Of a DNA stretch of 32,000 nt, positions 29,209-32,000 are shown piece after piece. Position numbers and translations under genes: made by a program. The notes under the pieces were generated by a model. It did no database searches. It worked only from the letters and a program-made list of their open reading frames with translations, and was not told the origin of the DNA. The stretch lies in assembly GCF_004345705.1 (NCBI RefSeq), contig NZ_SLWV01000005.1, positions 130,966 through 162,965 of the forward strand, in the 5' to 3' direction. This DNA comes from Marinisporobacter balticus (GTDB taxonomy: Bacteria > Bacillota > Clostridia > Peptostreptococcales > Thermotaleaceae). Every line of letters starts with the position of its first letter. The first letter of the stretch is position 1.

Positions 29209-30180
29209 TTGATAAAAACATCTGAAGTTTTAAGAATGAAGAATATAATAGGTATGTCTCTTGTAGAGAAGGAATTATATAATATATTAAAGGGTAGTCA
29301 TAAAAACACATCAAGAATCTGTAAGAATCTCATTGTTTCTGGAGGAAAAAGAATTCGTCCTGCACTTGTTTTATGTACATCGCAATGTTTCGGTAAACTT
29401 AATAAAGAAGCAATTAAGGGTGCAGCAGCTTGTGAGTGTATTCACATGGCATCACTTGTACATGATGATATCATCGATGAATCTTTAATGAGACGCAATC
29501 AACCTACTGTGAATGCAAAAAGAGGGAACTATACAGCTGTATTGGTAGGAGATTATCTATTTGCAAAAGCATTTGAAATTCTTTCTAAAAATAATTTGAT
29601 TAGAAGTATGGAAGTGGTAGTAGATGCGATTAGTAAAATGTGTGATGGAGAAATTTTTCAAGCAGAAAATAAATTTAATTTAGAACAAACCAACAAAGAT
29701 TACTATAATCGTATCTATCAAAAAACAGGCGTATTACTTTCTGCATGTACACAAGTAGGCGCAATTTCAGCAAATGCACAGGAAGAAGAAATCAATGCAT
29801 TCAAACTTTACGGAGAAAATTTAGGATATGCTTATCAAATAATAGATGACATATTAGATTTCACAGGAGATGAAAAAATTTTAGGAAAACCAATCGGCGC
29901 TGACTTAGTAGAAGGAAATATAACATTACCCATACTAAAACTAATGGAGCAAGGAAAATACAAAGATTGGCTGAAAGAAATATTTGAAAAAGGATTGATC
30001 AAGGAAAAATATAATGGAATTATAAAATTACTAAAAGATAGCTATGTATTAGAAGAATCTTATCTTGAAGCAGAACTTTGTGTAAAAAAGGCAAAAGGAG
30101 CATTAAGTAGTATAGAAGATTCTATTTACAAAGAGCTATTATTAGGAATTGCAGATAAAATCTTAATAAGAAAGTATTAA
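29209..30180 (+). CDS. Polyprenyl diphosphate synthase (trans-isoprenyl diphosphate synthase, HepT/IspB-like)
   Basis: First and second aspartate-rich motifs, LVHDDIIDE and QIIDDILDF. The start is uncertain: TTG at 29209 with AAGGTAGG, or ATG at 29236. Confidence 0.85.
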   Translation: MIKTSEVLRMKNIIGMSLVEKELYNILKGSHKNTSRICKNLIVSGGKRIRPALVLCTSQCFGKLNKEAIKGAAACECIHMASLVHDDIIDESLMRRNQPTVNAKRGNYTAVLVGDYLFAKAFEILSKNNLIRSMEVVVDAISKMCDGEIFQAENKFNLEQTNKDYYNRIYQKTGVLLSACTQVGAISANAQEEEINAFKLYGENLGYAYQIIDDILDFTGDEKILGKPIGADLVEGNITLPILKLMEQGKYKDWLKEIFEKGLIKEKYNGIIKLLKDSYVLEESYLEAELCVKKAKGALSSIEDSIYKELLLGIADKILIRKY

Positions 30181-30228
30181 CATTCGTTGGTATGAGACAA
30201 GATATTTTATGATAAATATACAAAAACT

Positions 30229-30258
30229 ATAAAAGCCCTGAATTTTCAGGGCTTTTAT
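30229..30258. terminator. Bidirectional terminator between the polyprenyl synthase and csp
   Basis: aaaagccctg-aatttt-cagggctttt palindrome flanked by A/T runs. Confidence 0.8.
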
Positions 30259-30294
30259 AGTAGTTTTATATATTAAAATATAGATTCTATTTTA

Positions 30295-30495
30295 TTATAA
30301 TTTAACTACGTTAGTAGCTTGAGGTCCTCTAGCACCTTTTTCTACTTCGAATTCAACACTTTGTCCTTCATCTAAAGCTTTGAATCCATCTCCTTGGATA
30401 GCTGAGAAATGTACGAATACATCATCTTCTCCTTCTACTGAAATAAATCCAAAACCTTTTTCGCTGTTAAACCATTTTACTACGCCTGTTTTCAT
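30295..30495 (-). CDS. csp: Cold-shock protein (CspA family)
   Basis: 66 aa with RNP1 KGFGFI and RNP2 VFVHF motifs. Confidence 0.95.
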   Translation of the reverse strand: MKTGVVKWFNSEKGFGFISVEGEDDVFVHFSAIQGDGFKALDEGQSVEFEVEKGARGPQATNVVKL

Positions 30496-30540
30496 TAAAA
30501 ATCCTCCAAAAATTTTATTTGTAAACTTAATTACTACCTA

Positions 30541-30569
30541 AGAATATCACTGAAACCCGATACTGTCAA
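30541..30569 (-). promoter_or_regulatory. Sigma-A promoter of csp
   Basis: Minus strand reads TTGACA-N17-TATTCT with a TG at the extended -10 position. Confidence 0.6.
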
Positions 30570-30760
30570 GGTAAATAAAAAGAATTTTTTATTATAGGAT
30601 TAGCCCGAAAATATATTATAAAAAGGTGAAATGAATATTTATTAAAGAATAAATGTTGAAAAATATTCCATATTGATATAAGATAAAATTAGGGTATAGT
30701 GCAAAAACTAGGGTTTTATTTTTTGTATATCTATTAATATATAATGAAAGAAGTGAGTAT

Positions 30761-31261
30761 ATGAAAAAGTACATAAAGTGTTTTATTACTTTTATACTAA
30801 TGACAGGGTTAATATTTAATTTAGCAGGCTGTAAGGTAACATTAAAAGCAGGGATAGTAAAAAATACAAATCAAGAAGAAACAAAAGAAATATCAGAACA
30901 ATTAGATGAAGAAAAAGAAACATTAAATACATTATGTAATCAATTGATAAATCAAGATGAAGCATCAATTAATGAAATTTTAAAAGATTTTAAAGAAAAT
31001 AAATTGAAAAATGTAGAGCGTTTATATTTTGCAAAAGAAGATTCAAATGAATTTTATACGTATCCAAACATGGAATTACCAGATGATTATGATGCAAGAA
31101 AAAGATCATGGTATATAAATGCAAAAACAAATGAATACTATACAAGTGAATACATGGATACTGTAACGAATAAATATATTGTTACAGTATCCAAAGCATT
31201 ATATAAAGAGGACGTATTGATGGGTGTAGTAGGAATAGATTTTATGAAAGAAAATAATTGA
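30761..31261 (+). CDS. Lipoprotein consisting only of a Cache-like extracytoplasmic sensor module
   Basis: Lipobox LAGC. The stretch from DARKRSWYINAK to VVGIDF resembles the ligand-binding Cache fold of chemoreceptors and kinases. It stops after 166 aa with no TM or output domain. Confidence 0.6.
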   Translation: MKKYIKCFITFILMTGLIFNLAGCKVTLKAGIVKNTNQEETKEISEQLDEEKETLNTLCNQLINQDEASINEILKDFKENKLKNVERLYFAKEDSNEFYTYPNMELPDDYDARKRSWYINAKTNEYYTSEYMDTVTNKYIVTVSKALYKEDVLMGVVGIDFMKENN

Positions 31262-31304
31262 AAAGCATTGAAAAAACAGATATAATAAAAAAAATGGTTT
31301 ATAT

Positions 31305-31530
31305 CATAAAGCGATGACGAAGCGTAGTAAATATAAAAAAGGTGATAGCGATTTGAGGAGGGTGTAAGCTCAAAACCAATTTTTATATTGAATGGACTTC
31401 TGAGTACAAATCTGAAATAACAGTAGGGTTTGTCGGACATCCACCGTTATGGATTAAGAGGACATTTGTCAATCAGAGTGGTACCGCGGGATAGAACTCG
31501 TCTCTATTATTAAATAGAGACGAGTTTTTT
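31305..31530 (+). ncRNA. T-box leader (Trp specifier) regulating trpS
   Basis: Stem I base with a GA motif (GCGATGACGAAG ... CTTCTGAGTAC). Specifier loop GAA-UGG-A, with UGG at 31393-31395. T-box sequence AATCAGAGTGGTACCGCG at 31471-31488. Terminator aactcgtctct/agagacgagtt plus T6 at 31495-31530. Confidence 0.85.
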
Positions 31531-31585
31531 GTATTTAGAATAAAAATTTTGAAATTATATCTAAAAATTATAGGAGGAAAAAATT

Positions 31586-32000
31586 ATGGACGAGAAAAAA
31601 ATAATATTTAGTGGGGCACAGCCTTCAGGGAAATTAACACTTGGAAATTATCTAGGCGCATTAAAAAACTGGGTGGCTTTGCAGGAGGATTATCATTGTT
31701 ATTATTGTATCGTAGATTTACATGCTATTACGGTACCACAAGAGGCTAAAAACTTAAGAAAAAATTCATTAGAAGCACTGGCTCAATACATCGCATGTGG
31801 ATTAGATCCACAAAAAAGCACTATATTTATTCAATCTCATGTAAGTGCACATACTGAGCTTTCTTGGGTATTAAGTTCTATGACCTATATGGGTGAATTA
31901 AATAGAATGACCCAATTTAAGGAAAAATCCCAAAAAAGTGAAGCAAATTTAAATGCAGCATTGTTTACCTATCCCGTACTGATGGCTGCTGATATTTTAT
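31586..32000 (+). CDS. trpS: Tryptophan--tRNA ligase, 3'-truncated by the window edge
   Basis: [25 protein letters not shown] (HIGH-region equivalent) followed by VDLHAIT and [19 protein letters not shown]. Not in the ORF track because there is no stop in the window. Confidence 0.9.
   Translation, partial: MDEKKIIFSGAQPSGKLTLGNYLGALKNWVALQEDYHCYYCIVDLHAITVPQEAKNLRKNSLEALAQYIACGLDPQKSTIFIQSHVSAHTELSWVLSSMTYMGELNRMTQFKEKSQKSEANLNAALFTYPVLMAADIL

Noticed and set aside
31448-31452. The TGG in GTTATGGATTA as the T-box specifier codon
   Set aside because: It lies downstream of Stem I. The GAA-UGG-A at 31390-31396 sits in the 3' side of the specifier loop, opposite AGTAA, flanked by the ATATAAAAA/TTTTTATAT helix, which is the canonical position.

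Overview
This window is the chromosomal replication-origin region of a low-GC Firmicute, probably a Clostridia-like anaerobe (an inference from gene content and AT richness). The left arm lies on the minus strand: rpmH-rnpA-yidD-yidC-jag, mnmE-mnmG-rsmG, noc-like parB, and soj-spo0J with a perfect parS. The right arm lies on the plus strand: dnaA-dnaN, a small membrane ORF, yaaA, recF, remB, gyrB and gyrA. DnaA-box clusters sit on both sides of dnaA, giving a bipartite oriC. The dnaA-dnaN spacer shows the box / GC-cluster / DnaA-trio / AT-rich unwinding layout known from Bacillus subtilis. Accessory content: (i) at the left edge, a partial membrane polyferredoxin, a TlpA-type thioredoxin lipoprotein, DUF4184 and PhzF; (ii) a block of about 3.8 kb breaking the conserved yaaA-recF adjacency, carrying ppnP, a yybP-ykoY (Mn2+) riboswitch-like leader in front of an orphan 55-aa ORF, and a head-on feoA plus two-piece feoB; (iii) rsbV-rsbW-sigB-hemerythrin behind a SigB-type promoter; (iv) a polyprenyl synthase, a cold-shock protein, a Cache-domain-only lipoprotein, and a Trp T-box leader with the start of trpS. 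I found no rRNA, tRNA, CRISPR array, transposase, integrase or recognisable defence system. Most of the window is ordinary core genome. The most unusual locus is the riboswitch-like leader, orphan small ORF and convergent split feoB. All calls come from reading the sequence and ORF translations by eye; no searches or folding were run.
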